In this document: positions 41,799 to 53,041 of the stretch, piece by piece
Numbering within the stretch: the first letter of the stretch is position 1
How the letters are laid out: every line of letters begins with the position of its first letter
Assembly: GCA_963666345.1 (NCBI GenBank)
Contig: OY762721.1
Location: forward strand, 640,001-704,000
DNA from: Desulfatiglandales bacterium
GTDB lineage: Bacteria > Desulfobacterota > DSM-4660 > Desulfatiglandales > Desulfatiglandaceae
Direction of reading: 5' to 3'
DNA length: 64,000 nt
Made by a program: the position numbers and the translations under genes
The notes under the pieces: model-generated
Told to the model about the DNA's origin: nothing
Database searches by the model: none
What the model saw: the letters and a program-made list of their open reading frames with translations, nothing else

Positions 41799-44700
41799 TT
41801 AGGCTTGACTGTCCTCGAACAGCTGTATCTCCAATCCGAGACTCTGAAGCTCTTTCATCAACACCTTAAATGATTCAGGCAACCCGGCCTCAAGGACATT
41901 GTTACCCTTCACTATCCTTTCATACATCCTGGTTCTGCCCGCAACATCATCGGATTTGACAGTCAGGAATTCCTGGAGTGAATATGCCGCTCCGTAGGCC
42001 TCCATTGCCCACACCTCCATCTCACCTAGTCTCTGACCTCCAAATTGTGCCTTACCGCCCAATGGCTGCTGAGTAACCAGCGAATAAGGGCCGATTGATC
42101 TTGCATGGAGTTTGTCGTCTACAAGGTGGTGAAGCTTGAGAATGTACATTATGCCTACGGTTACCTCCTGGTCAAAGGGCTCGCCGGTCCTTCCATCGTA
42201 GAGTTTAGCCTGTCCCCCAATGGGCAGACCAGCCTCTTTAAAGGCACCTTTGATTTCATCTTCATCGGCCCCGTCAAAAACCGGCGTAGCCATGGGGACA
42301 CCGTTTGTCAAAAGTCTTGCCTTTTTCATGATATCTTGATCAGAGACGTTTTTAAATTCTTTCTCATACTGATCGGAAGGATAAATCCTCCTCATCTTCT
42401 CTCTTATTTGGCTGATATCCGTGCCTTTATCCAGCAAATCAGCTATCTGTCTTCCAAGTGCTCGAGATGCCCAGCCCAAATGTGTTTCCAATACCTGCCC
42501 GACATTCATCCTTGATGGAACACCAAGGGGATTCAGCACTACATCCACGGGAGTCCCATCAGTAAAATAGGGCATGTCTTCGATAGGTAGAATCCGTGAC
42601 AAGACCCCTTTATTGCCGTGACGCCCTGCCATTTTGTCACCCACGGATAGTTTTCTCTTTACGGCGACATATACTTTCACCATCTTGATTACGCCGGGAG
42701 CCAACTCGTCGCCGAGGCTCAATCTGTCTGTTTTATCGTCAAAAACCCTTGAAATCCGCGACACCTTGGAAGAGTAATTTGAAATTATGGCCTCAACCTT
42801 TTCAATCACGTCCATGGAGACTTTCAAATCTGCCCTATTCCATTCTTCAACAGGTATGAGGTCGATATCCTCCGCTTTTATCGACTTTTCAGCGGACAGC
42901 AAGACTTTGCTGGAAGCCCTTTCAATCAGATCGGTCTTAAGTTTTTTACCTAAAAGGATTTCCCTTATCTTCTCACGGGCGCTTCTCCCTATCACCTCTA
43001 TTTCATCATTCAGATTCTTTTCAAGTTTCTGTCTTTCTTCCGCTTCAATGGAAAGACTGCGTTGATCCTTTTCAACGCCTCTCCTGGAGAAGACCTTTGC
43101 ATCTATTACGATTCCTTTAACACCTGGCGGGACCCTCAGAGAAGTATCTTTAACGTCACCCGCCTTATCTCCGAATATCGCCCTTAGCAATTTTTCTTCC
43201 GGAGAAAGCTGGGTTTCACCTTTGGGTGTAATTTTTCCAACTAATACATCACCCGCTTTAATCTCCGCGCCGACCTTTATAATACCGCTCTCGTCGAGGT
43301 TTTTGAGTGCATCCTCACCCACATTAGGAATATCTCTGGTAATTTCCTCTTTTCCCAGTTTTGTATCTCTCGATACCACTTCGAATTCTTCTATATGTAT
43401 AGATGTATATACATCTTCCTTGACTACTCTTTCACTGATCAGAATCGAATCCTCAAAATTATATCCGCCCCATGACATAAATGCCACCATAACATTCTGC
43501 CCCAGGGCAAGTTCTCCAAGTTCGCAAGCCGGACCATCAGCGATAATCTGGCCTTTTTTTACAAAATCACCTCTCGTTACTACAGGCTTCTGGTTGTAGC
43601 AGCTGTTCTGATTTGATCGCTTGAATTTTGTCAGTTTGTATATCTCAACTTCAGGTTCATCATTGTCTGTTCCACCATTTGATCTAATAACTATTCGGGA
43701 GGCATCCACATCCTCTACTATACCCTCCCTTTTTGCAATAACAGATGTACCGGAGTCTCTGGCTATCACACTTTCTATGCCGGTACCTACCAGGGGAGCA
43801 CTTGCTTTAAGAAGTGGTACCGCCTGACGCTGCATGTTTGAACCCATGAGAGCCCTGTTTGCATCGTCATGCTCAAGGAATGGTATTATAGATGCCGAAA
43901 CACTTACCAACTGATCCGGAGACACATCCATATATTGCACATCCTGAACAGGTATCTTGGCGGCTTCGCCCTCTATTCTAACCGCGGCTTCCTCTCTCAA
44001 AAAACAGCCTTTAGTATCAAGGGGCGCATTGGCCTGAGCAATCGGGAATTCCTTTTCTTCAAGTGCTGAAAGAAATTTGATTTTTTTAGTTGCCACACCA
44101 TTTTCAACATGCCTGTAAGGAGTTTCAATAAAACCGTAGTCATTTACTCTTGCATATGTGCTCAGCGATACAATAAGGCCGATATTTGGGCCTTCAGGCG
44201 TTTCAATGGGACAGATTCTGCCGTAGTGAGTAGGATGAACGTCTCTAACCTCAAAGCCTGCCCTTTCTCTTGTCAGACCACCCGGACCCAAAGCACTTAG
44301 TCTCCTCTTATGTGTAACTTCAGACAGAGGGTTGGTTTGATCCATGAACTGCGAAAGTTGACTCGTACCGAAAAACTCCTTTACTACGGCAGAAGCAGGC
44401 TTGGAATTGATCAAATCATGCGGCATCAGGGTTTCGACCTCCTGAAGGCTCATCCTTTCCTTGATCGCTCTTTCCATGCGGACAAGTCCGATTCTGTATT
44501 GATTTTCAAGAAGTTCACCCACCGCCCGCACTCTTCTGTTGCCTAGATTATCTATGTCGTCCACAACCGCTTCAGCATTTTTAAGTCTTATCAACTCATG
44601 AACAGTCGCGATAATATCCTCTTTTCGAAGTGTACGCTGTTCAAGTGAAACATCGAGGTTTAAACGATAGTTCAACTTCAATCTGCCGACTGTAGAAAGG

Positions 44701-45911
44701 TCGTATGTATTTATGTTGAAGAAAAGATTTTTGAAAAAATTATTAGCCACATCTAAGGTCGGCGGGCTGCTTGGCCTCATTTTACGATATATATCGAGAA
44801 CCGCCTCTTCGGAAGAAGCGATTTTATCGAGCAGCATTGTATCCCGAATCGTACTGCTGACACCTTGAGCACTTAATACAAGACACTCGATCTCTTTGAT
44901 ACCTTTTTCCCTGACCTCATCAATTATCTCCATAGTCAAGGCTTTGTTACCTTCCAGCAAGACCTCACCGGTCCCGGGATCAATCAGGTCATCGGCAATA
45001 ACCCTGCCCTCCGCATCCTCATTTTCGATAGGGAGGTGAGTGATTCCAGCAGAATCAATTATCCTATGAAGGCGTTTCGTATATTTTTCACCCTTTTTGG
45101 CGATAACCTCACCACTTTCTGGATCTATAATATCCTTGTTTATCTTCTTTCTATAGAGGTTTTCCAGGTTCACCTCTCTAAGGAACCCTGATTTCTCAAG
45201 TTTCAGTCTCTCCGTTTCATAAAACATTGAAAGGATTTCCTTTGATGAGTAACCGAGGGCCTTCATTAGAATAGTAGCAGGGAATTTTCGTCTTCTGTCT
45301 ATTCGAACATAAAGGAGATCTTTCGGGTCGAATTCAAAATCCAGCCAGGATCCTCTCAAAGGGATAACCCTTGCCGAATAAAGGAGCTTTCCGCTTGAAT
45401 GGGTTTTTCCCTTGTCGTGGTCGAAAAAAGCCCCTGGGGATCTGTGAAGCTGACTAACCACAACCCGCTCGGTACCATTAATTATGAAAGTACCCCGATC
45501 TGTCATCATGGGTATTGTGCCGAAATATATTTCCTGCTCCTTGATATCTCTTATGCTCTTAGTTCCATCGACAGTGTCCGTATCAAATACCACAAGTCTA
45601 ACTGTCAACTTCAGAGGTGCTTCAAAAGTCATCCCCTTGTTAAGACAGTCGTCCTCATCGTACTTAGCGTTTTCAAAGGAATATTTGACAAATTCCAGAG
45701 AAGATGTTCCCGCGAAGTCGTGTATCGGAAAAACGCTTTTATAAGCACCTTGTAGCCCAACTTCCAGACGCTCTTCAGGCGGCACATCCTTTTGCAAAAA
45801 ACGCTCATAAGAGCGTCTTTGCATATCTATCAGACTCGGGATTTCCACTACCTTATTGATCTTCCCGAAATTTCTCCTCACGCGCCTAATTACGCCGCTT
45901 TCTCCAGGCAT
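41799..45911 (-). CDS. rpoB: RNA polymerase beta subunit
   Basis: [33 protein letters not shown] and GGQRLGEME motifs. Confidence 0.99.
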   Translation of the reverse strand: MPGESGVIRRVRRNFGKINKVVEIPSLIDMQRRSYERFLQKDVPPEERLEVGLQGAYKSVFPIHDFAGTSSLEFVKYSFENAKYDEDDCLNKGMTFEAPLKLTVRLVVFDTDTVDGTKSIRDIKEQEIYFGTIPMMTDRGTFIINGTERVVVSQLHRSPGAFFDHDKGKTHSSGKLLYSARVIPLRGSWLDFEFDPKDLLYVRIDRRRKFPATILMKALGYSSKEILSMFYETERLKLEKSGFLREVNLENLYRKKINKDIIDPESGEVIAKKGEKYTKRLHRIIDSAGITHLPIENEDAEGRVIADDLIDPGTGEVLLEGNKALTMEIIDEVREKGIKEIECLVLSAQGVSSTIRDTMLLDKIASSEEAVLDIYRKMRPSSPPTLDVANNFFKNLFFNINTYDLSTVGRLKLNYRLNLDVSLEQRTLRKEDIIATVHELIRLKNAEAVVDDIDNLGNRRVRAVGELLENQYRIGLVRMERAIKERMSLQEVETLMPHDLINSKPASAVVKEFFGTSQLSQFMDQTNPLSEVTHKRRLSALGPGGLTRERAGFEVRDVHPTHYGRICPIETPEGPNIGLIVSLSTYARVNDYGFIETPYRHVENGVATKKIKFLSALEEKEFPIAQANAPLDTKGCFLREEAAVRIEGEAAKIPVQDVQYMDVSPDQLVSVSASIIPFLEHDDANRALMGSNMQRQAVPLLKASAPLVGTGIESVIARDSGTSVIAKREGIVEDVDASRIVIRSNGGTDNDEPEVEIYKLTKFKRSNQNSCYNQKPVVTRGDFVKKGQIIADGPACELGELALGQNVMVAFMSWGGYNFEDSILISERVVKEDVYTSIHIEEFEVVSRDTKLGKEEITRDIPNVGEDALKNLDESGIIKVGAEIKAGDVLVGKITPKGETQLSPEEKLLRAIFGDKAGDVKDTSLRVPPGVKGIVIDAKVFSRRGVEKDQRSLSIEAEERQKLEKNLNDEIEVIGRSAREKIREILLGKKLKTDLIERASSKVLLSAEKSIKAEDIDLIPVEEWNRADLKVSMDVIEKVEAIISNYSSKVSRISRVFDDKTDRLSLGDELAPGVIKMVKVYVAVKRKLSVGDKMAGRHGNKGVLSRILPIEDMPYFTDGTPVDVVLNPLGVPSRMNVGQVLETHLGWASRALGRQIADLLDKGTDISQIREKMRRIYPSDQYEKEFKNVSDQDIMKKARLLTNGVPMATPVFDGADEDEIKGAFKEAGLPIGGQAKLYDGRTGEPFDQEVTVGIMYILKLHHLVDDKLHARSIGPYSLVTQQPLGGKAQFGGQRLGEMEVWAMEAYGAAYSLQEFLTVKSDDVAGRTRMYERIVKGNNVLEAGLPESFKVLMKELQSLGLEIQLFEDSQA

Positions 45912-45972
45912 TGTGGCTCCTTTTCAACATTATCCGAATCATCCATCCAATAATACTAATTAATAAATCAAT

Positions 45973-45997
45973 GGCACCCCTGAATGTGAGGGGTGCC
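45973..45997 (-). terminator. Hairpin after rplL (terminator/attenuator before rpoB)
   Basis: GGCACCCCT/AGGGGTGCC 9-bp stem with an AU-rich tail on the minus strand. Confidence 0.6.
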
Positions 45998-46015
45998 GCA
46001 TTTCATTTTCTTCTT

Positions 46016-46402
46016 CTATTTAATTTCCACACCGGCACCGGCTTCCTCAAGCTGGCTTTTTATACCCTCAGCCTCATCTTTCGGAATTCCTTCTTTAACC
46101 GCACCGGGAACACCGTCAACCAGTGCTTTCGCCTCTTTCAAGCCCAGTCCGGTTATTGCTCTAACCACTTTAATAACCTGAATCTTCTTATCCCCTATAG
46201 AAGAAAGAATGACATCAAATTCGGTCTTTTCTTCTTCTTCTTCCTGAGATGCACCACCGGCAAAGCCACCAGCCGCAATCGCTACCGGAGCGGCAGCTGA
46301 GACTCCAAATTTGTCTTCCAATTCTTTTACAAACTCTGAAAGTTCCAGGACAGTCATATTTGAAATAAATTCAACAACATCTTCTTTTGTAATATCAGCC
46401 AT
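46016..46402 (-). CDS. rplL: 50S ribosomal protein L7/L12
   Basis: [20 protein letters not shown] and TGLGLKEAK motifs. Confidence 0.99.
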   Translation of the reverse strand: MADITKEDVVEFISNMTVLELSEFVKELEDKFGVSAAAPVAIAAGGFAGGASQEEEEEKTEFDVILSSIGDKKIQVIKVVRAITGLGLKEAKALVDGVPGAVKEGIPKDEAEGIKSQLEEAGAGVEIK

Positions 46403-46439
46403 TTTTATCTATAAACCTCCGTATATTCTGTTATATCCT

Positions 46440-46964
46440 TCAAGCCGCCTCACCCTTTTTCTGCTCTATGGCCTTAAGCACATAAACCAATTGGGTCACG
46501 ATTCCGTTGAGTAGCCTTACAAATGATCCAGGCACCGCCTGCATGGCCGAAAGCGTTTGAGCCAAAAGCACTTCTTTTGAAGGCAACTCTGATAACCGCT
46601 TGATACCCTCAGGCTCTATCGTTTTCCCTTCAATCTGGCCAATTTTGAGATCCAGTCCCTTCAACTCTCCGGCCAACTTTACCAAAACTTTGGCACACGC
46701 GGCTACATCTTCATACGCAAAGGCAACCGCCGAAGGGCCATACATATTTTCCTCCAAAACGGCAGCGTCGGTGTCTCGGCTCGCGAGCTTGAACAACCTG
46801 TTCTTTACCACCTGGAATTCAGTCCCTACCTTCCTAAGTTCATTTCTGAGTTGATTAATAGCCTCAACATTGAGACCCTGATAATCAACAAGAAAAGAAC
46901 CCTTTGCCTTTTCAAGGCGGGAATGAAGCTCGGCTACAAATTGTTCCTTTTCTTCCTTATTCAT
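46440..46964 (-). CDS. rplJ: 50S ribosomal protein L10
   Basis: DYQGL.V...LR, VVKNRL and LSELPSKE.LLA motifs. ATG after GGAGG. Confidence 0.97.
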   Translation of the reverse strand: MNKEEKEQFVAELHSRLEKAKGSFLVDYQGLNVEAINQLRNELRKVGTEFQVVKNRLFKLASRDTDAAVLEENMYGPSAVAFAYEDVAACAKVLVKLAGELKGLDLKIGQIEGKTIEPEGIKRLSELPSKEVLLAQTLSAMQAVPGSFVRLLNGIVTQLVYVLKAIEQKKGEAA

Positions 46965-46970
46965 ATTCAC

Positions 46971-47125
46971 CTCCTCTCCTTTTGTCTGTAAAGATACAAA
47001 AGACAGAGGCGCAGAGTATTTTTACATGTAAAAATAGTCTCGGTAGGCGCGTAACGATTAAGCCCAAAAATGCAAGGAAAACCTCAAGGCCTTCCCCGAA
47101 AACACAGGCACCTACTGTCTTTGAC
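46971..47125 (-). ncRNA. Ribosomal protein L10 leader (autoregulatory RNA)
   Basis: GUCAAAGACAGUAGGUGCC...GGCUUAAU...CGCCUACCGAGAC core (47125-47037), plus a downstream hairpin that can sequester the rplJ SD. Confidence 0.85.
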
Positions 47126-47306
47126 CACAAACTATTAAATGTGAAATCCTATCCTACTTTAAAAAAAACGACATAACATCCTTGTTCCGGAACAGTAATT
47201 AATATGCAGAGATTACGTCATTTCCCAAAAAGCACAAAGCCCCTTGTCCCCTTTTTGATAAGGGAGAAATGGGCATCGCCAAGACTTACTGATGGTTTTT
47301 CCGGCC

Positions 47307-48014
47307 TCAGTTGACCAGAAGCTCCTTCACATGGGCAGGGTCAATTTTAATTCCAGGCCCCATTGTAGTGGATATCGCAATGCTCTTGAAGTATGTTCCT
47401 TTGCTTGAAGCAGGCTTCAATCTCTGAATCGTTTCTATAAAGGCAGTGGCATTTTCCAGCAATTTTTCACGGCCGAATGAGACCTTGCCGACCGGAGCGT
47501 GAACAATACCCGATTTTTCAACCTTAAAGTCGATTTTTCCAGCCTTAATTTCGGTTACCGCCTTTGCTATATCGAACGTAACAGTACCCAATTTTGCATT
47601 AGGCATCATTCCTCTGGGGCCAAGAACACGTCCCAGCTTTCCGACAGCACCCATCATGTCAGGAGTAGCGATGGCCTTATCGAATTCAAGCCAGCCACCC
47701 TGCACCTTCTCCACAAGCTCATCAGATCCTATAAAATCTGCACCAGCCTCCTGGGCCTCCTTTTCTTTCTCCCCCTTGGCGAAAACGGCTACCTTAACTT
47801 CTTTTCCCACCCCGTTGGGAAGCACAACCGTACCCCTAACCATCTGATCTGCGTGTCGGGGATCAACTCCGAGTTTCACAGCCAAATCGACACTCTCATC
47901 AAATTTCGTATAAGAGCAGTCTAATGCCATCTGAAAAGCATCTTGAAAAGTCAATCTGGCAAATCTATCTATTTTCTGTGCCTGTTCACTGTATTTTTTT
48001 CCTCTGCGGGCCAT
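47307..48014 (-). CDS. rplA: 50S ribosomal protein L1
   Basis: [30 protein letters not shown] and STTMGPG motifs. Confidence 0.99.
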   Translation of the reverse strand: MARRGKKYSEQAQKIDRFARLTFQDAFQMALDCSYTKFDESVDLAVKLGVDPRHADQMVRGTVVLPNGVGKEVKVAVFAKGEKEKEAQEAGADFIGSDELVEKVQGGWLEFDKAIATPDMMGAVGKLGRVLGPRGMMPNAKLGTVTFDIAKAVTEIKAGKIDFKVEKSGIVHAPVGKVSFGREKLLENATAFIETIQRLKPASSKGTYFKSIAISTTMGPGIKIDPAHVKELLVN

Positions 48015-48032
48015 TTTTTGAAACCTCTCAGC

Positions 48033-48461
48033 CTAATTATCAGTCACCTCGATACCCATGCTTCTAGCGGTACCTTCAATGATCTTCGTTGCTCTATCAA
48101 GGTCATAGGCATTCAAATCTTCAAATTTAAGTTTTGCAATCTCTTCGACCTTTTCCCTTGTCACTTTGCCGACTTTGTTTTTGTTTGGCTCACCCGAACC
48201 CTTTGCGATCTGGGCAGCCTGTTTTAGAAGTACCGCAGCAGGAGGCGTTTTGGTAATAAAAGAAAAAGACCTGTCTGCATATATGGTTATAACAACAGGA
48301 ATCACTGTTCCGTTCTTATCCTGCGTTCTTGCATTAAAGGCCTTGCAAAATTCTGCTATGTTCACGCCATGCTGCCCCAATGCCGGCCCTATAGGAGGCG
48401 ATGGATTAGCCTGCCCACCCTTGACCTGAAGTTTAACTGATCCGATAATTTTTTTTGCCAT
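48033..48461 (-). CDS. rplK: 50S ribosomal protein L11
   Basis: [23 protein letters not shown] and GTARSMG motifs. Confidence 0.99.
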   Translation of the reverse strand: MAKKIIGSVKLQVKGGQANPSPPIGPALGQHGVNIAEFCKAFNARTQDKNGTVIPVVITIYADRSFSFITKTPPAAVLLKQAAQIAKGSGEPNKNKVGKVTREKVEEIAKLKFEDLNAYDLDRATKIIEGTARSMGIEVTDN

Positions 48462-48554
48462 AAATAATTCCCCTTTATCCGGTAAACCGGTACGTCTGCC
48501 CGTCTAAAAACAATCGCCCTCCGAATTTAATCAGAAGCCACCGGAATTAGATCT

Positions 48555-49085
48555 CTAAATCTTATTTACCTGAATGAAATCAAGTTCTACAGGCGTAGGC
48601 CGACCGAATATCGTAATAAGCACCCTTAGCTTTTCCTTTTCAGGTTTCAACTCCTCTACAATACCCTGAAAATTACTGAAAGGGCCGTCAATGACACGAA
48701 CTTCATCGCCTTCCTCAAACCTGTACTTCGGTTTCGGCCTGCTGACCCCTTCCTCCATTTGATTTATTATTCGCTCGGCTTCCTCGTCAGGAATCGGTGT
48801 CGGATTAACCTCGCCTCCGACAAATCCGGTGACTTTAGCTGTATTTCTGACAGTATGCCAAGTTTCATCATTGAGTTCCATCTGCACAAGGATATAGCCG
48901 GGATAGAATTTCCTTGAGGAAGTCCTCTTTTGCCCCTTCCTTAGCTCGACTACCTGCTCGGTCGGAACAAGTATTTGGCCGAAAGACTCCTGCTGACCGA
49001 GAGTCCTTATCCTTTCTTCAAGGTTCTGTTTAACCTTCTTTTCAAACCCTGAATAGGTATGAACGATATACCATTTTAGATCCAC
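48555..49085 (-). CDS. nusG: Transcription termination/antitermination factor NusG
   Basis: WYIVHTYSGFE, FYPGY, KOW motif GDEVRVIDGPF and IFGRPTPVEL. Confidence 0.99.
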   Translation of the reverse strand: MDLKWYIVHTYSGFEKKVKQNLEERIRTLGQQESFGQILVPTEQVVELRKGQKRTSSRKFYPGYILVQMELNDETWHTVRNTAKVTGFVGGEVNPTPIPDEEAERIINQMEEGVSRPKPKYRFEEGDEVRVIDGPFSNFQGIVEELKPEKEKLRVLITIFGRPTPVELDFIQVNKI

Positions 49086-49157
49086 TTAATCACTCTCATA
49101 TGTTTATTTAAATCGTCCTTTTAAGGCTAAAGGCTTAATCGTCGCATTTGGTCCGGA

Positions 49158-49547
49158 TTATCCCAGGACACCTTTTATTATCTTTATAAGTCCGAAATCA
49201 ACCAGCCCAAGATAAAAAGCAACCAACAGGGTCAAAACTATCACGACAGCGGTAGATGCCAGCAGTTCCTTCCGGGTAGGCCACTTCACTTTTTTCAGCT
49301 CATTCCTTGATTCTCTCAGAAACTGACCGGTCATTCCCAGATATTTCGAAATAGACCCTCCTGCCCTGGCTTTTTTGTCAACGGTTCTTTTCTGAACCGC
49401 CCGCACAGGGGTCTGGGATGCCTTCTTTTTTTGACTCTGCTTCTGGCTCGAATCATCTGACCCTTTACCCTTAGGGGTTGAATCTTTTTTCCTGGTGTTC
49501 TTTTTGCCTTTTGCGCTCTGAGTTTTCATATATCTATTTTTTACCAA
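49158..49547 (-). CDS. secE: Preprotein translocase SecE with basic N-terminal extension
   Basis: ELKKVKWPTRKE plus a single C-terminal TM helix. Start uncertain (TTG 49547 or ATG 49529). Confidence 0.95.
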   Translation of the reverse strand: MVKNRYMKTQSAKGKKNTRKKDSTPKGKGSDDSSQKQSQKKKASQTPVRAVQKRTVDKKARAGGSISKYLGMTGQFLRESRNELKKVKWPTRKELLASTAVVIVLTLLVAFYLGLVDFGLIKIIKGVLG

Positions 49548-49593
49548 AGGTTTGAGCTGGTTATATTTTTCTTTCAGATTCCCATAAAAAAAA

Positions 49594-49670
49594 TGGCAGG
49601 CCAGGAGGGATTCGAACCCCCAACACCCGGATTTGGAGTCCGGTGCTCTAGCCGTTAGAGCTACTGGCCT
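49594..49670 (-). tRNA. tRNA-Trp (CCA)
   Basis: Cloverleaf; anticodon arm CCGGA-CT-CCA-AA-TCCGG; encoded CCA end. Confidence 0.97.
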
Positions 49671-49684
49671 ACATATTAATCACC

Positions 49685-49834
49685 CTATTTGGTTTCTTTG
49701 TGAAGTGTATGAGTCCTACAAGAAGGACAATATTTCTTAAAAGCCAGCTTGTCGGGCGTCTTCCTCTTGTTTTTTGTTGTAGTATAATTCCTGTTCTTAC
49801 ACTTTTCACAGGCTAAAGTTACTATATCGCGCAT
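49685..49834 (-). CDS. rpmG: 50S ribosomal protein L33, zinc-binding type (not in ORF track)
   Basis: Hand translation: [49 protein letters not shown]. Confidence 0.98.
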   Translation of the reverse strand: MRDIVTLACEKCKNRNYTTTKNKRKTPDKLAFKKYCPSCRTHTLHKETK

Positions 49835-49853
49835 TCCCACGGCGGATCTCCCC

Positions 49854-51047
49854 TTATTCTATAATTTCACTGATGACACCTGCGCCAACAGTCCTTCCAC
49901 CCTCTCGGATAGCAAAATTAAGCTCTTTTTCCATGGCTATCGGCATAATCAGACTGACTTCAACAGCTACGTTGTCTCCGGGCATCACCATCTCAACTCC
50001 CTCAGGCAGCGTAACGACACCTGTAACATCGGTAGTCCTGAAATAAAACTGCGGCCTGTATCCATTGAAAAACGGCGTATGACGCCCACCCTCTTCCTTG
50101 GTCAGAATGTACGCCTCCGCCTTGAATTTGGTATGAGGGGTTATCGTGGCAGGCTTGGCTACAACCTGACCCCGCTGAACCTCATCCCTCTTAGTACCCC
50201 TAAGCAAGACGCCTATATTGTCCCCGGCTTCACCCTGATCCAGTATCTTCCGAAACATCTCTACACCGGTGCATACCGTTTTGATAGTATCGGTAATACC
50301 TACTATCTCTACCTCTTCTCCTACCTTGATCACGCCTCGCTCAACTCGTCCCGTTACAACAGTACCGCGACCAGAAATAGAAAATACATCCTCAATAGGC
50401 ATCAAAAACGCCTTGTCGGTATCCCTTACAGGTTCAGGAACAAATGAGTCCACCGCATCCATAAGCTCAAAGATCGGCTTGGCTTCCTCAGAGTCAGGAT
50501 CATCACTCTCAAGCGCCTTCAAAGCACTGCCCCTGATTATCGGCGTGTCATCACCAGGAAATTCATACTTGGTCAAAAGCTCCCTGAGCTCCAGCTCAAC
50601 CAGCTCAACCAGCTCCTCATCATCAACCATGTCACACTTATTCAAAAATACCACTATGCTCGGCACACCTACCTGCCTGGCAAGCAGTATATGCTCACGC
50701 GTCTGAGGCATGGGACCATCATCGGCACCAACTACCAAAATGGCTCCGTCCATCTGCGCAGCTCCCGTAATCATGTTCTTGATATAATCAGCGTGACCAG
50801 GACAATCTACATGTGCATAGTGCCTTTTATCGGTCTCGTATTCGACATGCGCCGTCGCTATCGTTATCCCCCTGGCCTTCTCCTCCGGAGCCTTGTCTAT
50901 CTCGTCAAAGGGCACAAAATCCGCCATACCCTTCATACCCAGATGCTTCGTTATAGCCGCCGTCAATGTAGTCTTGCCATGGTCTATATGGCCTATCGTA
51001 CCTATGTTTACGTGCGGCTTTGTCCTCTCAAATTTTTTCTTAGACAT
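49854..51047 (-). CDS. tuf: Elongation factor Tu (tRNA-operon copy)
   Basis: Protein identical to the copy at 35318-36511. Confidence 0.99.
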   Translation of the reverse strand: MSKKKFERTKPHVNIGTIGHIDHGKTTLTAAITKHLGMKGMADFVPFDEIDKAPEEKARGITIATAHVEYETDKRHYAHVDCPGHADYIKNMITGAAQMDGAILVVGADDGPMPQTREHILLARQVGVPSIVVFLNKCDMVDDEELVELVELELRELLTKYEFPGDDTPIIRGSALKALESDDPDSEEAKPIFELMDAVDSFVPEPVRDTDKAFLMPIEDVFSISGRGTVVTGRVERGVIKVGEEVEIVGITDTIKTVCTGVEMFRKILDQGEAGDNIGVLLRGTKRDEVQRGQVVAKPATITPHTKFKAEAYILTKEEGGRHTPFFNGYRPQFYFRTTDVTGVVTLPEGVEMVMPGDNVAVEVSLIMPIAMEKELNFAIREGGRTVGAGVISEIIE

Positions 51048-51131
51048 CTCCTCTCCTCCTCAAAAGCTCGCTAGAATCGCAGCAATGAATTCACAGACCC
51101 CTAAAACGGCTGGCTTTCACCCATTTCAAGA

Positions 51132-51208
51132 TGGAGCCCACGACCGGGATCGAACCGGTGAACCTCATCCTTACCAAGGATGCGCTCTACCTACTGAGCT
51201 ACGTGGGC
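51132..51208 (-). tRNA. tRNA-Thr (GGT)
   Basis: Anticodon arm CATCC-TT-GGT-AA-GGATG; CCA end. Confidence 0.96.
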
Positions 51209-51220
51209 ACAAAGAAAAAA

Positions 51221-51297
51221 TGGAGCGGGAAACGGGACTCGAACCCGCGACCCTCAGCTTGGAAGGCTGACGCTCTAGCCAACTGAGCTATTCCCGC
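51221..51297 (-). tRNA. tRNA-Gly (TCC)
   Basis: Anticodon arm TCAGC-CT-TCC-AA-GCTGA; CCA end. Confidence 0.97.
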
Positions 51298-51405
51298 CTA
51301 TTCAACAAAAGGATCAACATATTTCGGGAAGTTTTTTTGCAAAAAAGGCTCCCTGTGCATAAGGACTCGACCAAGTCAATCAATCTTATCTTATGGAAAA
51401 CTTGA

Positions 51406-51490
51406 TGGTGGAGAGGGGAGGATTTGAACCTCCGAAGGCTGAGCCGGCAGATTTACAGTCTGCTCCCTTTGACCACTCGGGAACCTCTCC
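51406..51490 (-). tRNA. tRNA-Tyr (GTA)
   Basis: Anticodon arm GCAGA-CT-GTA-AA-TCTGC; long variable arm; 85 nt. Confidence 0.97.
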
Positions 51491-51549
51491 ACTTTTAAAA
51501 ATCCTTGCAAAGGAATATCCCTGCACCCTTCACCTTACTAGCAACAGCC

Positions 51550-51625
51550 TGGAGCCAGCGAAGGGAATCGAACCCCCGACCCACTGATTACAAATCAGTT
51601 GCTCTGCCATCTGAGCTACGCTGGC
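51550..51625 (-). tRNA. tRNA-Thr (TGT)
   Basis: Anticodon arm ACTGA-TT-TGT-AA-TCAGT; CCA end. Confidence 0.97.
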
Positions 51626-51830
51626 CGCATGCGCAGAAAAACGTAAATTGTAAGTTTATTCTTATAAAATAATTATTTCAATACCGATTAGAGGCAAAAA
51701 TACGTCATTTTCAGAGAATATCTCGGCTAAACATGGAATATCTGATCTATCCGCCAAATAGCGTTTTTTAACGCCATTTTAATGTCGCCACTGGGCAAGG
51801 GAAACCAGCCCTATTTCATTAGGCAATAGA

Positions 51831-51859
51831 AGAATAGATTCCCGAAACGTTCCTGTCAA
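51831..51859 (-). promoter_or_regulatory. Sigma70-type promoter of the tRNA-tuf operon
   Basis: TTGACA-17 bp-TATTCT on the minus strand. Confidence 0.65.
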
Positions 51860-51922
51860 TACCCCATTTATTCAATATAAATAAAGCCCCGACCTCCTGG
51901 CTTGATCGGCAAGAAACGATTT

Positions 51923-52135
51923 TGTCCGAATGCAAACCCATAAACGGGTACTTTTCACAATCTCAACATCAATCTATGTGATTATTTGTGCAGAGTAGCA
52001 TATTACGCCTCCAGCGTAATTTCTTGATTTTCTTTGCTAAGCTACGCTTTGCTCAGTCCCACCCTTTGGCAGGCTCAAGCCGGATTCTCGATTTTTTGAC
52101 CTTGCAAAAAATATCTCATTCCTGATCTGGAAACT
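51923..52135. repeat. Possible degenerate dispersed intergenic repeat (MITE/REP-like)
   Basis: Non-coding. Blocks CAATCTC..TCAATCT..TTGTGC..TACGCCTCC..CTTGATTT..CTTGCAAAAAAT..CTCATT..TGGAAACT resemble, from memory only, repeats in Desulfobacterota genomes. Single copy in this window. Confidence 0.4.
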
Positions 52136-52271
52136 TACTAGCGCCCTTGATTCTTACCTGAGGTCTCCCAATAATTACTTGAACCCTTAAGGACTTTATG
52201 GTATCAGACTCACAAAGACAAAAACTATAAATAACTGCTCTTCAATACTGAATTATTAAGGAGGTAAGGAA

Positions 52272-52547
52272 ATGGCAGCATTAGCTGGAGGACTTGTTGC
52301 CCTGGTGCTTGGTATCATCGGGATTATTGCCTGGTGGGGTTATTTCATCGATATTCTGATGGGAGCCCTTCCCATAATGCTCTTACTTGGAGGAGCCTTG
52401 GCAGCCTATCTCGGCTTTGAAGAAATAAAAGACAAAAAGGCCGCTGAAGATTTCGATAGCTCTAAAGAAGACCTTCAGCAGGAGGTCGAAAGCCTCAAAG
52501 AGGAAATCAAGGAGCTTAAGACACAGAAAGACGAAAAACAGAAATAG
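52272..52547 (+). CDS. Small two-TM membrane protein with coiled-coil tail, MamI-like
   Basis: AAGGAGGT RBS; G..AL..G..G..AWW......L.GA.P..L...G..A...G hairpin pattern; acidic/basic heptad tail. Confidence 0.7.
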   Translation: MAALAGGLVALVLGIIGIIAWWGYFIDILMGALPIMLLLGGALAAYLGFEEIKDKKAAEDFDSSKEDLQQEVESLKEEIKELKTQKDEKQK

Positions 52548-52572
52548 CAATCAGCCGAATTTTGCAGGCTGC

Positions 52573-52606
52573 TTTACCGGGCCCCGTTATCGGCAGGCCC
52601 GGTAAA
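52573..52606. terminator. Hairpin between convergent genes (likely bidirectional terminator)
   Basis: TTTACCGGGCC/GGCCCGGTAAA 11-bp stem. Confidence 0.7.
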
Positions 52607-52618
52607 ATTTCCCTACCT

Positions 52619-53041
52619 TTATATATTCGCTAGCTCAAGAGAACTGAAAAAATACGCCAACTCAATTGCAGCATTTTCCCTGGAATCAGAACCATGCACC
52701 ACATTTTTTTCTATGTCGGTGGCAAATTCATATCTTAAGGTGCCCTCCTCGGCATCCTTATAATTGGTAGCACCCATAAGTCTCCTGTAGCGCGAAACAG
52801 CCTCATCGCCCTCAAGCACCAACACAACGCACGCCCCTGATGACATGAACTCGGTAAGACTGTTATAAAAAGGTTTTCCTTCATGGACCTTATAAAAACC
52901 CTTTGCCTGCTCCTTGCTCATATTGATCATCTTCATGGACAATATCTTGAGTCCCTCTTCTTCCATGCGGGAGATAACCTTTCCAATAAGTTTTCTGCCC
53001 ACTCCATCCGGCTTTATGATTGCCAAGGTTCTTTCATTCAT
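52619..53041 (-). CDS. ndk: Nucleoside-diphosphate kinase
   Basis: ERTLAIIKPDGV, HEGKPF, MGATN and NVVHGSDS motifs. Confidence 0.98.
   Translation of the reverse strand: MNERTLAIIKPDGVGRKLIGKVISRMEEEGLKILSMKMINMSKEQAKGFYKVHEGKPFYNSLTEFMSSGACVVLVLEGDEAVSRYRRLMGATNYKDAEEGTLRYEFATDIEKNVVHGSDSRENAAIELAYFFSSLELANI

Noticed and set aside
51132..51625. tRNA cluster as an integration site for an island or prophage
   Set aside because: No integrase and no duplicated tRNA 3' end seen in the window.
52272..52547. Magnetosome island
   Set aside because: Only one MamI-like gene among housekeeping genes; no other mam/mad genes in the window.
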